Below are positions 29,691 through 40,067 of a DNA stretch of 64,000 nt, piece by piece; the first letter of the stretch is position 1; every line of letters begins with the position of its first letter. The DNA is from a virus. The stretch covers positions 64,001-128,000 of the IMG/VR virus record IMGVR_UViG_3300025141_016157; one strand, written 5' to 3'. Position numbers and translations under genes: made by a program. The notes under the pieces are model-generated. The model saw only the letters and a program-made list of their open reading frames with translations. It was not told where the DNA came from and made no database searches.

Positions 29691-30857
29691 ATGGGAAAAG
29701 ATATCATACCTGAAGATTTTACGCAAGACTTGATCAAGTCTCTAAACAAAGATCACGGTCAAAGAGTTGCATATAATTTATCAGTTGATGAATCACCTAC
29801 ACATGTAAAAAGATGGATTAGCACTGGTTCAACTCTTCTTGATTATATATGTTCGAATAGAAGAGATGGCGGTCTTCCAGAAGGAAGAATTGTTGAAATA
29901 TTTGGCCCACCATCAATTGGAAAGTCTCACATAGCAACGCAGATTGCAAGAAATACTCAAAAGCTAGGGGGCATAGTTGTTTACATTGACACGGAAAATG
30001 CAACCTCAGTAGAAAATTTGCAAATGCTTGGTGTAGACGTTTCAAAAAGGTTTGTGTATGTTGATACTCATTGTACAGAAGAGGTTTTTCAAGTTGCAGA
30101 ATCTACAATTTTAAAGGCAAAGGGAATGAACAAAGACGTTCCTATTACAATTGTATGGGATTCAGTTGCTGCTTCATCTCCAAAAGCTGAACTTATTGGT
30201 GACTACGATAAAGAGTCAATTGGGCTGCAAGCAAGGGCAATTTCAAAAGGGATGAGAAAAATAACAGGTGTTATTGGTGAGACAAATACGCTTTTTGTAA
30301 TTTTAAATCAAATAAGAACAAAGATAGGTGTTATGTTTGGAGATCCTCATACTACTCCGGGTGGTAAAGCTATACCATTTCATGCATCAACAAGAATTAA
30401 ACTTGGAGCAGGGCAGCAGATTAAAGATGGGGATGACGTTATAGGAATTAATGTCTCTGCGAAAACAATTAAAAATAAAGTAGCACCACCGTTTAGGAAA
30501 GTTAATTTTGAAATTCATTTTGGTGTAGGAATAAAAGAACATGAGCAAGTGTTTGACCTGCTAAGAAAAAACGGACCAGAGGAAATAGACGGAAATAAAA
30601 TTGAAGTATCAGGAACGGGCGGATGGAAAAACTTGAGTGTATGTAATTTATCAACTGGAGAAATTCTAGTTGATAAAAAGTTTAGAAAGGCAGAATTTGA
30701 CACGATTCTTTCGTGCCCAGACCATTCAAATTATCTAAATGATTTAATTGAGGTTGCTATGGTTAAAAAGTTTAATACTTCACCAGACATAGATGTTGAA
30801 TCACTTAGTGAAATGGAAGCAGTTGCAATAGAATTGGAAATGGCCGATCTCAAATAG
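29691..30857 (+). CDS. recA: RecA/UvsX recombinase
   Basis: ISTGS..LD, GGLP.GRIVEIFGP.S.GKS, YIDTE, DSVAA, NQIR, TPGG.A..F, KNKVAPPF. Start moved to the ATG at 29691 (GAGG RBS). Confidence 0.95.
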   Translation: MGKDIIPEDFTQDLIKSLNKDHGQRVAYNLSVDESPTHVKRWISTGSTLLDYICSNRRDGGLPEGRIVEIFGPPSIGKSHIATQIARNTQKLGGIVVYIDTENATSVENLQMLGVDVSKRFVYVDTHCTEEVFQVAESTILKAKGMNKDVPITIVWDSVAASSPKAELIGDYDKESIGLQARAISKGMRKITGVIGETNTLFVILNQIRTKIGVMFGDPHTTPGGKAIPFHASTRIKLGAGQQIKDGDDVIGINVSAKTIKNKVAPPFRKVNFEIHFGVGIKEHEQVFDLLRKNGPEEIDGNKIEVSGTGGWKNLSVCNLSTGEILVDKKFRKAEFDTILSCPDHSNYLNDLIEVAMVKKFNTSPDIDVESLSEMEAVAIELEMADLK

Positions 30858-30858
30858 A

Positions 30859-31806
30859 ATGGACACATGTATAATTGTTGACGGATTAAACTTATTTACT
30901 AGACACTTTGTTGCAAATCCATCTACAAATCAGAACGGAGAGAGTGTAGGTGGTATTACTGGTACCGTCACTGCTATATCAAGACTTTCGGAAAGATTTA
31001 GCCCAGACAGAATTGTAGTCGTATGGGAATCTGGTGGGTCCTCGAGAAAGCGTGCAATTTTTCCAAACTATAAGTCAGGTAGAAGACCGCAAAGGCTTAA
31101 TAGATACTACGGTGATGACATACCCGACACAGTTGAAAATAGAGACAACCAGTTAGAAATTCTAATATCAATTTTAAGAAATATGCCCATAGTTCAGATA
31201 TACATTCCAGACTGCGAAGCAGATGATGTCATCGGGTATCTTTCAAAGTATACACTAAGAGAAATGAGAAAAGTAATTGTTTCATCAGATAAGGATTTTT
31301 ATCAGCTTTTAGACAAGAATACATTAATTTACTCACCTACATGGAAAAAGTTTGTTTCTTTTAAACAAGTTAGAGAAAAATTTGAAATATCTGCACAGAA
31401 TTTCTGTCTTGGAAAATCAATATGCGGCGACGTGTCAGATAATATTGACGGAATCAAAGGCGCAGGATTTAAAACTGTTGCAAAAAGGTTTCCAAGATTT
31501 AGGGAGGAAAATTTTTTTACAATTTCTGAACTTATGGCTGAGTGTAGCAGGAAGATAGAAAGTGGCTCTAAGGTTAAGATATACAAGTCGATAATTGAAA
31601 ATGAAGATGTCATAAGGCGAAACTGGAAATTAATTAATCTTGACACTAACAATTTATCACACAGCCAAATTGCTAAAATAGTAAATTCAATTGATACTTT
31701 TAGCCCTACACGAAATAAAATGAATATATTGAAAATTTTTAAAAATCACGCAATTCAAAATATTGACGTAGATAGATTTTTTTTATCAATGAAATTACTC
31801 AAATAA
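30859..31806 (+). CDS. 5'-3' exonuclease/flap endonuclease (T4 RNase H-like)
   Basis: IVDG.N, YK..R, EADD.I, SSDKDF.QL, GD.SDNI.G.KG.G.KT. Confidence 0.92.
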   Translation: MDTCIIVDGLNLFTRHFVANPSTNQNGESVGGITGTVTAISRLSERFSPDRIVVVWESGGSSRKRAIFPNYKSGRRPQRLNRYYGDDIPDTVENRDNQLEILISILRNMPIVQIYIPDCEADDVIGYLSKYTLREMRKVIVSSDKDFYQLLDKNTLIYSPTWKKFVSFKQVREKFEISAQNFCLGKSICGDVSDNIDGIKGAGFKTVAKRFPRFREENFFTISELMAECSRKIESGSKVKIYKSIIENEDVIRRNWKLINLDTNNLSHSQIAKIVNSIDTFSPTRNKMNILKIFKNHAIQNIDVDRFFLSMKLLK

Positions 31807-31816
31807 GAGAAGGATA

Positions 31817-33187
31817 ATGAGCGAAGAAGCATACTTTGGAAAGTACGGAAAATCATTTCAGGAAAAAATATTTCAAGCATTTATAGCTGACTCCAACTGG
31901 GCAGCACAAATGATAGAGATAATGACTCCTACATATTTTGAAAAAGAATATTTGAAATATCTTACTAGTAAATATTTCTCCTATTATGAAAAATACAAGT
32001 GTTTTCCTACACTTCCACTTCTTGTAACGATAGTAAGAGATGATCTAAGAGAGGGAAATGATGTAATATTGAGAGATCAAATAGTAGAATTTCTGCACAG
32101 GGTAAAAACAAACCCAGATGTAGGAGATCTTTGCTTTGTAAAAGAGAAGTCTCTTGATTTTTGCAAAAAACAGTCTCTGAAAGATGCACTTGAACAAGCT
32201 GTTGACCTAATTGCAACTGAAAAATATGATTCAGTTGTCACTCTTATGAAAGAAGCTATATCAAAGGGTACACCTGCAACACTTGGTCACGACTTCTTTA
32301 ATGAATATGAAACTAGATTTACAAAGATAACAAGATCTACATGTCCGACAGGCCTAGCACAGATAGATAAAAAAGATATTTTAAACGGCGGTCTTGGTCG
32401 AGGGGAAATTGGTGTCATTACAGCACCAACCGGAGTGGGAAAATCACACTTTCTTGTTCACGTCGGATGTGAGGCGCTAAAGGTTGGGAAAAATGTAATA
32501 CATTACACATTTGAATTATCTGAAAGAGCTGTTGGGATAAGATATGACTCAAATCTTTGTAATATTCCCAGTAATGATATTGTTGAAAGAAAGGATGAGG
32601 TTATAAAGAACTACAAAGATAGTGATTTAGGCAGGCTAATCATTAAAGAATATCCAACGGGATCTGCAACCGTTATGACAATTAGAAATCATATTGAAAA
32701 GCTTCTATTGAAAGGTTTTGTACCAAGCCTGATAGTCATTGATTACGCAGACATTATGAGATCATCAAGGTCTTATGACTCTTTGCGACACGAGTTAAAA
32801 CTAGTATATGAAGAATTGAGAAATCTTGCAATGGATATGAACCTTCCAGTATGGACTGCTTCTCAGGCAAACAGAGAGGCATCAAATGCATCCGTTGTCG
32901 GTCTAGAGAATATGTCAGAAGCATATGGAAAAGCAATGGTTGCAGATGTTGTTCTTTCAATATCAAGAAAGCCAATGGAAAAAGCAACAGGCGAAGGAAG
33001 GCTTTTCATAGCAAAGAACAGGGCAGGAAGAGATGGAATACTATTTCCAATTTATCTCGACACGTCAATGTCAAAGCTTAGAATTGTTCAAGATTCTTCT
33101 GAGATGTCACTTTCTGATGTAGTAAAGTCAGATGAGTCAGATATGAAGAATCTTTTAAAGAAAAAATGGAGACAGGTCAATTCTTAG
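31817..33187 (+). CDS. Replicative helicase (DnaB/gp41-like)
   Basis: Walker A APTGVGKS, FELS, IIKEYPT, IDYAD, WTASQ.NR, AKNR.G. Confidence 0.92.
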   Translation: MSEEAYFGKYGKSFQEKIFQAFIADSNWAAQMIEIMTPTYFEKEYLKYLTSKYFSYYEKYKCFPTLPLLVTIVRDDLREGNDVILRDQIVEFLHRVKTNPDVGDLCFVKEKSLDFCKKQSLKDALEQAVDLIATEKYDSVVTLMKEAISKGTPATLGHDFFNEYETRFTKITRSTCPTGLAQIDKKDILNGGLGRGEIGVITAPTGVGKSHFLVHVGCEALKVGKNVIHYTFELSERAVGIRYDSNLCNIPSNDIVERKDEVIKNYKDSDLGRLIIKEYPTGSATVMTIRNHIEKLLLKGFVPSLIVIDYADIMRSSRSYDSLRHELKLVYEELRNLAMDMNLPVWTASQANREASNASVVGLENMSEAYGKAMVADVVLSISRKPMEKATGEGRLFIAKNRAGRDGILFPIYLDTSMSKLRIVQDSSEMSLSDVVKSDESDMKNLLKKKWRQVNS

Positions 33188-33216
33188 GTGTAATATTGAC
33201 TTAAAGGAAAAAATCA

Positions 33217-35733
33217 ATGTTTACTTATGACAACGTATATGAATCAAGTCTAAAATATTTCAAGGGAGATTCTCTGGCTTCAAATGTTTTTTTAACGAAA
33301 TATGCTTTAACTGGCAGAGATGGTGATATTCTTGAAGAATGTCCAGAAGATATGCACAAAAGACTTGCAAAAGAGTTTGCTAGAGTAGAGAAAAAATACC
33401 CCAATCCTGTATCAGAAAGAGAAATTTTCTCCCTTTTGAAAGATTTCAAGTATATAATACCGCAGGGTTCACCTATGGCTGGTATTGGAAATAATAATCA
33501 GATACAGTCAATATCAAACTGCTTTGTTGTCGAATCACCTCACGATTCTTATGGTGGAATTCTTAAGACAGACCAAGAGCTAGTTCAGATTGCCAAACGG
33601 CGAGGAGGTGTAGGTTTTGACATATCCAATATTAGACCAAAGGGTATGACAACTGGGAATGCAGCAAGGACAACAGACGGAATTGAAGTTTTCATGGATA
33701 GATTTAGCAATTCATGTCGTGAAGTAGCCCAGGGAGGCAGACGCGGTGCATTAATGCTAACCATATCAGTCCACCATCCGCAGATAAAAGATTTTATAAA
33801 GATTAAAAGAGATCTATCAAGAGTTACAGGTGCAAATATATCAGTAAGAGTAACAGATGAGTTTATGAATGCTGTAAAAGAAAATGGTGAAGTTGGGCTT
33901 AGATGGCCTGTTGACTCCTCATCACCAAAAGTTACAAAGATCGAACAAGCTTCAGAAATATGGCACCTCTTAATTGAGTCAGCACATTCATCAGCAGAGC
34001 CTGGAATATTATTTTGGGATACTGCTAAGTCAATGACACCTTCTGACATATACGAAAGTGAAGGCTTTGGATCTGTGTCAACAAACCCATGCGGTGAAAT
34101 TATATTGTCGCCGTATGATTCATGCAGGCTTATGCTTGTAAACTTGACTTCTTTTGTAAGAGACCCGTGGTCAGATAATGCTGAGTTTAACTTTGGCGAT
34201 TTTGCATCAAAAGTTCAAAAAGCTCAGCGGTTAATGGATGACATGATCGATCTTGAAGTAGAGCAAGTAGACAAGATTATTCAAAAAATAGAGAATGATA
34301 CTCAGCCTGAAAGTGTAAAAAAGATTGAGAAAGATCTATGGGAAAATATCAAGCTTCAAGCTGTCAATGGCAGAAGAACCGGTCTCGGGATAACTGGTCT
34401 GGGTGATACACTTGCAATGTTATCCATACGATACGGATCAAAGGAATCTATCAGAATAACAGAAGAAATATATAAGTGGCTTGCAATTAATTCTTACGAG
34501 TCATCTATTATCCTTGCAAAAGAAAGAGGGTCATTCCCAGCGTGGGATTCAGAAAAAGAAAAAGATCATCCGTTTATTTCAAGAATTGTAAGTGAGCTTC
34601 TACCCCACAGACAAGAAGATTATGAAAAATATGGTAGAAGAAATATTGCAAATACTACAACAGCTCCTGCTGGGTCAGTATCAGTCCTTACACAGACAAC
34701 ATCTGGCATTGAGCCGGCATTTATGCTTCACTATACACGACGTAAAAAGCTGACAGGTCAAGATTCAAGCGGAAGAGTAGATTTTGTAGATGATAGCGGT
34801 GATGAATGGCAAGAATATACTGTGTATCATCATGGGTTTAAAAGATGGATGAAGCACATGTCCGAATCGGATCCTGATATCTTTATGGGTCTTTCAGATG
34901 ATGAGATGGTATCAATGAGTCCATACACAAGGGCAACTGCTAGTGAGATTGACTGGATCTCGAAAGTAAAAATGCAGGCCGCTGCTCAAAAGTGGGTATG
35001 TCATGCAATATCAAATACAACAAATCTACCCTCTGATGTTGATGTTGAAACTGTAAAGAAAGTTTATATGACAGGCTGGGAGCTTGGCTGCAAAGGAGTA
35101 ACAGTATATCGCGATGGAAGTAGAGCTGGAGTTCTTGTATCTAGTGATAAAACATCGAAAAAGAAAGACCTATCCTTTAAAAGCAATCGTGCACCAAAGC
35201 GCCCAGAGATCCTGTCTTGTGAAATACATCAAGCTTCTGTTTCAGGAGAGCCGTGGACTATAATAGTAGGATTGATGCAAGGAAGGCCATACGAGATATT
35301 TGGGGGAAAATCTGAATATGTTGAAATACCGAGAAAATATAAATCTGGATTTTTAACAAAAAAATCTAGAAAGACTATGAATTCAAAATATAATCTAAGC
35401 TTCGGCGAAGAAGGCGAAGAAATAATTGTAAGAGATATTGCAACTGTATTCGACAACCCAAATTATTCAGCATTTACAAGAACATTATCACTAGCATTAC
35501 GACACGGAGCTCCTGTTAACTATGTCTGTGAGCAACTTCAAAAAGATAGGGATGCAGATTTATTTAGTTTTTCAAAAGTAATAGCAAGATGTCTTAAAAA
35601 GTACATAGCAGATGGAACAAAGCCTGGAAACGGAACAATAGATTGTAACTGTGATAATGCAGAAGAGTGCGAAGTAGTATATCAAGAGGGATGTGCTACA
35701 TGCCTTACATGTGGTTTTGCGAAATGCGGATAA
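33217..35733 (+). CDS. nrdJ: Class II (B12-dependent) ribonucleotide reductase
   Basis: SNCFV, GGVG, RRGA.M, EPG, TNPCGE, TTAP.G, KG.TVYRDGSR, C-terminal domain ending in EGC.TC..CG..KC. Confidence 0.93.
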   Translation: MFTYDNVYESSLKYFKGDSLASNVFLTKYALTGRDGDILEECPEDMHKRLAKEFARVEKKYPNPVSEREIFSLLKDFKYIIPQGSPMAGIGNNNQIQSISNCFVVESPHDSYGGILKTDQELVQIAKRRGGVGFDISNIRPKGMTTGNAARTTDGIEVFMDRFSNSCREVAQGGRRGALMLTISVHHPQIKDFIKIKRDLSRVTGANISVRVTDEFMNAVKENGEVGLRWPVDSSSPKVTKIEQASEIWHLLIESAHSSAEPGILFWDTAKSMTPSDIYESEGFGSVSTNPCGEIILSPYDSCRLMLVNLTSFVRDPWSDNAEFNFGDFASKVQKAQRLMDDMIDLEVEQVDKIIQKIENDTQPESVKKIEKDLWENIKLQAVNGRRTGLGITGLGDTLAMLSIRYGSKESIRITEEIYKWLAINSYESSIILAKERGSFPAWDSEKEKDHPFISRIVSELLPHRQEDYEKYGRRNIANTTTAPAGSVSVLTQTTSGIEPAFMLHYTRRKKLTGQDSSGRVDFVDDSGDEWQEYTVYHHGFKRWMKHMSESDPDIFMGLSDDEMVSMSPYTRATASEIDWISKVKMQAAAQKWVCHAISNTTNLPSDVDVETVKKVYMTGWELGCKGVTVYRDGSRAGVLVSSDKTSKKKDLSFKSNRAPKRPEILSCEIHQASVSGEPWTIIVGLMQGRPYEIFGGKSEYVEIPRKYKSGFLTKKSRKTMNSKYNLSFGEEGEEIIVRDIATVFDNPNYSAFTRTLSLALRHGAPVNYVCEQLQKDRDADLFSFSKVIARCLKKYIADGTKPGNGTIDCNCDNAEECEVVYQEGCATCLTCGFAKCG

Positions 35734-35764
35734 TAATTAGTATAAACCCAAGAGGAATTTAAAA

Positions 35765-36367
35765 ATGCATTGGAAAAGTACAATATCACCTTTAATAAAA
35801 GAAATAGAGCTAAGAAAATCTCCTCAAATAATAAGAGTAAATAAGTTCGATGAAAAGTCAGCAAAAGAATTTCAAGATCAAGTATCACTTGCGCACAACA
35901 CAGGGCAAAAGGTAATTCCTGTTATCATCGATTCTTATGGCGGCCAAGTTTATTCGCTTATGGCAATGATAGCTACAATTAATGCATCTGAAATACCAAT
36001 TGTAACAATTGTAGAGGGAAAGGCGATGTCTTGCGGTGCAGTCTTATTTTCATTTGGTGAACAGGGTCTAAGATTTATGGATCCCGATGCTACTATTATG
36101 ATTCATGATGTTTCATCTATGGATTTTGGAAAAGTTGAAGAGTTAAAAGCTAGCGCAGCAGAGGCAGATCGTCTAAATGATAAAATTTATACTATGATGG
36201 CTAGGAATTGCGGAAAGAAAGATGACTATTTTTTAAAAATTGTAGATAAGAAAAAGCATGCAGACTGGTTTTTAGATTCTAATGAAGCAAAGAAGCATGG
36301 AATGGCAAATCAGATAAGAGTTCCAAAGCTTTCAATAAGTGTAGATGTGTCAATAGACCTGGAGTAA
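35765..36367 (+). CDS. clpP: ClpP-like serine protease subunit
   Basis: IDSYGG.V, G.AMSCG (catalytic Ser), IMIH, D.F....EA..G. Confidence 0.85.
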   Translation: MHWKSTISPLIKEIELRKSPQIIRVNKFDEKSAKEFQDQVSLAHNTGQKVIPVIIDSYGGQVYSLMAMIATINASEIPIVTIVEGKAMSCGAVLFSFGEQGLRFMDPDATIMIHDVSSMDFGKVEELKASAAEADRLNDKIYTMMARNCGKKDDYFLKIVDKKKHADWFLDSNEAKKHGMANQIRVPKLSISVDVSIDLE

Positions 36368-36374
36368 ATATAAA

Positions 36375-37328
36375 ATGGATAAAGATTTTTATAACAAGTC
36401 TAGCTCCGATAGTTTAGGCTGGAAGCCTTCTTGGTTTGGATGCGAAGAATTTGACTTTAATTTAGTAAAAGCGGTCCAAAAATGGCAAAAAGCTCATGGA
36501 TTAACCGGAGACGGTCTTGTTGGGCCAATGACATATAGAAGGATCTGGACAGAAAGGGAAGTCAGCATTTCAGACTATGAGCCTAGAAAAAACGATTATA
36601 CTTCTTATGGCAATCATCACATTGTTCACAATGGGAACTTTATCCCTATTGAATGGAATAAGGTTGTTCTATGGGATGAAAGAGATGGATTCAAGGCAAG
36701 CAAGGGATGCTATACTGATTATTCTGGAAAACCTGATCGTGAACCGACAATGTTCGTGAACCATTGGGATGTATGTCTTAGTGCTGAGTCTTGTGCGACA
36801 GTTTTGAATAGGCGTGGAATATCTGTCCATTTTCTTATAGACAATGATGGAACAATCTTTCAAATGCTAGATACGCAGCACAAGGCGTGGCATGCCGGAA
36901 TCCCGAGGTATGAAGGTGGCAATACGAAGGGGATTGGGGTAGAGATTAGTAACGCGTATTATCCAAAGTACCAGGATTGGTATGTTCGAAAAGGCTTTGG
37001 TGAGCGACCACTTCAAGAACATGGCTATGTTCATGGAAAAACCCTGGACCCATTTTTAGATTTTTATCCTGTCCAGCTTGAAGCTTTAAAAGCGCTATGG
37101 AAAGCTATTCATATTGGTATTGGTATTCCGCTTGAGTATCCAAAGAATTCCAACGGGCATATCGAAACTAGCATCCACAAAGAATGCGAACGAGGAAAAT
37201 TTCATGGAATATGTAACCACTACAACTTTATCAAAACGAAAATTGATTGTGCTGGTCTTGATCTTCCTACTCTTTTAGATGAAGTAAAGAGAACACCGAT
37301 GTATTGCCTGGATAAAAATAGTGAATGA
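36375..37328 (+). CDS. N-acetylmuramoyl-L-alanine amidase with peptidoglycan-binding domain (endolysin-like)
   Basis: AV..WQ..HGL..DG.VGP.T; H.D, SVHFLI..DG.I.Q, AWHAG, IGVEI, H..DC. Confidence 0.88.
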   Translation: MDKDFYNKSSSDSLGWKPSWFGCEEFDFNLVKAVQKWQKAHGLTGDGLVGPMTYRRIWTEREVSISDYEPRKNDYTSYGNHHIVHNGNFIPIEWNKVVLWDERDGFKASKGCYTDYSGKPDREPTMFVNHWDVCLSAESCATVLNRRGISVHFLIDNDGTIFQMLDTQHKAWHAGIPRYEGGNTKGIGVEISNAYYPKYQDWYVRKGFGERPLQEHGYVHGKTLDPFLDFYPVQLEALKALWKAIHIGIGIPLEYPKNSNGHIETSIHKECERGKFHGICNHYNFIKTKIDCAGLDLPTLLDEVKRTPMYCLDKNSE

Positions 37329-38188
37329 TAAATAATATGAATCTATCACTAGAAAGAATTATAGGGGATACACCGCTAGTAAAGATCTCAGATAAAATAT
37401 ACGGAAAGCTAGAAACATACAGTCCATCTGGATCTGTAAAAGATAGAATGATTTCATATGTTGTCAAGAAATCAATCGACAGGGGTGAAATATCAGAAAA
37501 TACTACACTTTGTGATGCAACAAGCGGAAACACTGGGATAGCGCTAAGCATGATTGCTGCATCGCTTGGTTTAAAATGCGTTATTTTTATGCCATCTAAC
37601 ATGTCTGAAGAAAGAAAGAAAATGATGAAAATCTATGGTGCAAGAATTATAGACGCACCTGAAGATGATTTTGAAAGAGCGATTTCAATGAGGGATGAAT
37701 TCATATCTGCGGGATCTAATATATGGTCACCCATGCAGTTTAGCAATCTTGAAAACATAGAATGCCATGAGACAATTACAGGTCCGGAAATTCAAAATCA
37801 GATAACAAGTCGAGGCCTAGCATGGTCAGCATTTATTCATGGCTCAGGGACGGGCGGAACAATTGAAGGAGTTCGTAGATTTTTAAAAAATACACCTACA
37901 GAAATACACATGGTTGTTCCAGATGAATCACCGCATGGAATACAAGGGATCGGTGATGGAAAAGATTTCCTAGCCAATCCAGAAGAAATGGATGGTATCA
38001 TAGTAATAAAAACAGAAGATGCAATCATGCGAGCAAAAGACTTTGCAAGAGAAACTGGACTTCTAGTGGGTATCAGTTCTGGAGCTAATATACTTGCATC
38101 GGAAAAATATGTAGCTAATAACTCTCCTGATGGGTCAGTTGTTACAATTCTATGTGATCGTGGTGAGCGGTATATGTCAATCTATTAA
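37325..38188 (+). CDS. cysK: Cysteine synthase (PLP-dependent, CysK/CysM family)
   Basis: IG.TPL, P.GSVKDR (PLP Lys), TSGNTG, G.GTGGT, HGIQGIG, GISSGAN, D.GERY. Confidence 0.92.
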   Translation: MINNMNLSLERIIGDTPLVKISDKIYGKLETYSPSGSVKDRMISYVVKKSIDRGEISENTTLCDATSGNTGIALSMIAASLGLKCVIFMPSNMSEERKKMMKIYGARIIDAPEDDFERAISMRDEFISAGSNIWSPMQFSNLENIECHETITGPEIQNQITSRGLAWSAFIHGSGTGGTIEGVRRFLKNTPTEIHMVVPDESPHGIQGIGDGKDFLANPEEMDGIIVIKTEDAIMRAKDFARETGLLVGISSGANILASEKYVANNSPDGSVVTILCDRGERYMSIY

Positions 38189-38217
38189 TTGTAAAGATTA
38201 ATATTTTTTTATATAAT
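38189..38217 (+). promoter_or_regulatory. sigma70-like promoter
   Basis: TTGTAA-N17-TATAAT. Confidence 0.7.
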
Positions 38218-38243
38218 AATAAAAATTACTGTAGTGAGAATAG

Positions 38244-39182
38244 ATGAAAGATTTCATATTTAAAATTAACAAAGCTAGAATTGACAAAGTAGCTAATGAA
38301 ATAGCAAGGGTAAATCCCCAGCTATCTGATATAAAAGGATGGGAGGATGATTGCTCTGTTGCTTTAAAGATTCAAGCAGCGATTCTTTTATCAAAAAAAG
38401 AAGATTTTGCAGATATTGTAGAGAATGAAAAGGGAGCTATTAGTATATCTAAGGTTGTTCCCGTGAGATATTTCAATACAGCCGGTGATCATTGCTATTT
38501 TGTAAAATATAAAAGATCTTTTATTCACATACCCAAGACTGGGGGTCGACATCTAATATACAAATATTTTGTATTTCAAGTTGGTGGCAACCACATGTTT
38601 GCAAAAACTAATAGTGAAAACTATGGTCAATATACAGAAGATTTTAAAAGATGCTTTACGATTGTAAGAAATCCATTTAGCTGGCTTTATAGCTACTGGG
38701 CACATATTTCAGAAGGCGGGGATCATACGGGTCATCACGGATGCCGACTCATTTCAAATAATAGTACATTTGAAAAATTTATTTTTAATGTCTGCAATCT
38801 AGAAAAAGATGAGTACTGGTTTCCCTATAATAGTGGAATGACTTCTCAGATTTTTGACATTGATGAAAAAATATGTGTAAGCGATATAATATTTTTTGAA
38901 AAATATAGTGAAGGCATTATGTCTCTCAATATTGAAGAAAAGTGCGAGCCTTTCTTGTCATTCGAATGTCAGGAAAAACATAGAAGATTTATTGAATTTA
39001 GGCAAAGCTCAGACGAATATAAGAAACACTATACTGATGAAATGATTGATGCAGTTAGTAGAAAGTTTAAGTTTGACTTAGATTTCTTAGGGTATGACTT
39101 TAACGGATTAGTTCACAAAAAGTCATCAATTCATATTCCCAAGAAAGTGTTCAAAAGTGAACTATCAAATATTTGGAAATAG
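38244..39182 (+). CDS. Sulfotransferase family protein
   Basis: FIHIPKTGG (5'-PSB), VRNP..W..S.W (3'-PB), Y..Y.......V...F..D...LGY. Confidence 0.8.
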   Translation: MKDFIFKINKARIDKVANEIARVNPQLSDIKGWEDDCSVALKIQAAILLSKKEDFADIVENEKGAISISKVVPVRYFNTAGDHCYFVKYKRSFIHIPKTGGRHLIYKYFVFQVGGNHMFAKTNSENYGQYTEDFKRCFTIVRNPFSWLYSYWAHISEGGDHTGHHGCRLISNNSTFEKFIFNVCNLEKDEYWFPYNSGMTSQIFDIDEKICVSDIIFFEKYSEGIMSLNIEEKCEPFLSFECQEKHRRFIEFRQSSDEYKKHYTDEMIDAVSRKFKFDLDFLGYDFNGLVHKKSSIHIPKKVFKSELSNIWK

Positions 39183-39270
39183 TATAAAGTGTTGATCCCG
39201 CAAAGATCACCTTATAATCTAATTCAAGAGAAGTTGTATATTTATGATATATAAATGATGGTGGAGCAGT

Positions 39271-40059
39271 ATGACAAACTATGCTAAGAAAAACGCGTCT
39301 TTAATTTTTGAACATATTAGGATCGATGAGGCTGAGGCAGAAGATGTAGATGTAGTAGGCTTTGAAATCAATGAAACGTTAGATTCTGATATATGGTCTG
39401 AAAGTGAAAAGATGAAACCTGAGGTTAGAGAGAAACTTCTTGCTGTCTCTGAAGACTTTATAGCTGGGCTTCCATTCGATGTTGACGCTGAAGATATTAA
39501 ACTAACTGGATCTCTTGCGACATATAACTGGTCAAGATTTTCCGATGTTGATCTTCATATTGTAGTTGATTTTACTACTGTTGATGATGATGAACAGCTA
39601 GTAAAAGATTATTTTAATTCCAAGAAGACTGTGTGGAACTTAAAGCATGAAATTTATATACGAGGATATGAAGTTGAAATATACGTTGAAAATATAAATG
39701 ATAAACACACAGCACAAGGCATGTATTCAATTCTTCACGATGAGTGGATAAAGAAACCAAAAAGAGAATTTTTTGAGATAGATGAGGAAGAAGTTAGGAA
39801 AAAGGCAGCATCAATAATGTCGCAGATAGAGTATATCGAAGAAGTCTCAAGCGATGAGCCAGCAGAAGCAGAAAAACTAGCAGAAAGAACAAAAGAAAAA
39901 ATTAGAAAGATGAGACAGGCAGGTCTTGATTCAGAGAAGGGAATCTATTCAGTTAAAAATGTTGCTTTTAAAGTCCTAAGAAGAAACGGATATCTTGAGA
40001 GGCTAAGTAATATAAAGACTCAGTCATATGACAGGGTAATGTCTCTAGCAGACCTATAA
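39271..40059 (+). CDS. Pol-beta superfamily nucleotidyltransferase
   Basis: TGS...YNW..SDVDLH, third acidic residue in VEIY, FK.LRR.G. Confidence 0.8.
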   Translation: MTNYAKKNASLIFEHIRIDEAEAEDVDVVGFEINETLDSDIWSESEKMKPEVREKLLAVSEDFIAGLPFDVDAEDIKLTGSLATYNWSRFSDVDLHIVVDFTTVDDDEQLVKDYFNSKKTVWNLKHEIYIRGYEVEIYVENINDKHTAQGMYSILHDEWIKKPKREFFEIDEEEVRKKAASIMSQIEYIEEVSSDEPAEAEKLAERTKEKIRKMRQAGLDSEKGIYSVKNVAFKVLRRNGYLERLSNIKTQSYDRVMSLADL

Positions 40060-40067
40060 TTAGATAC

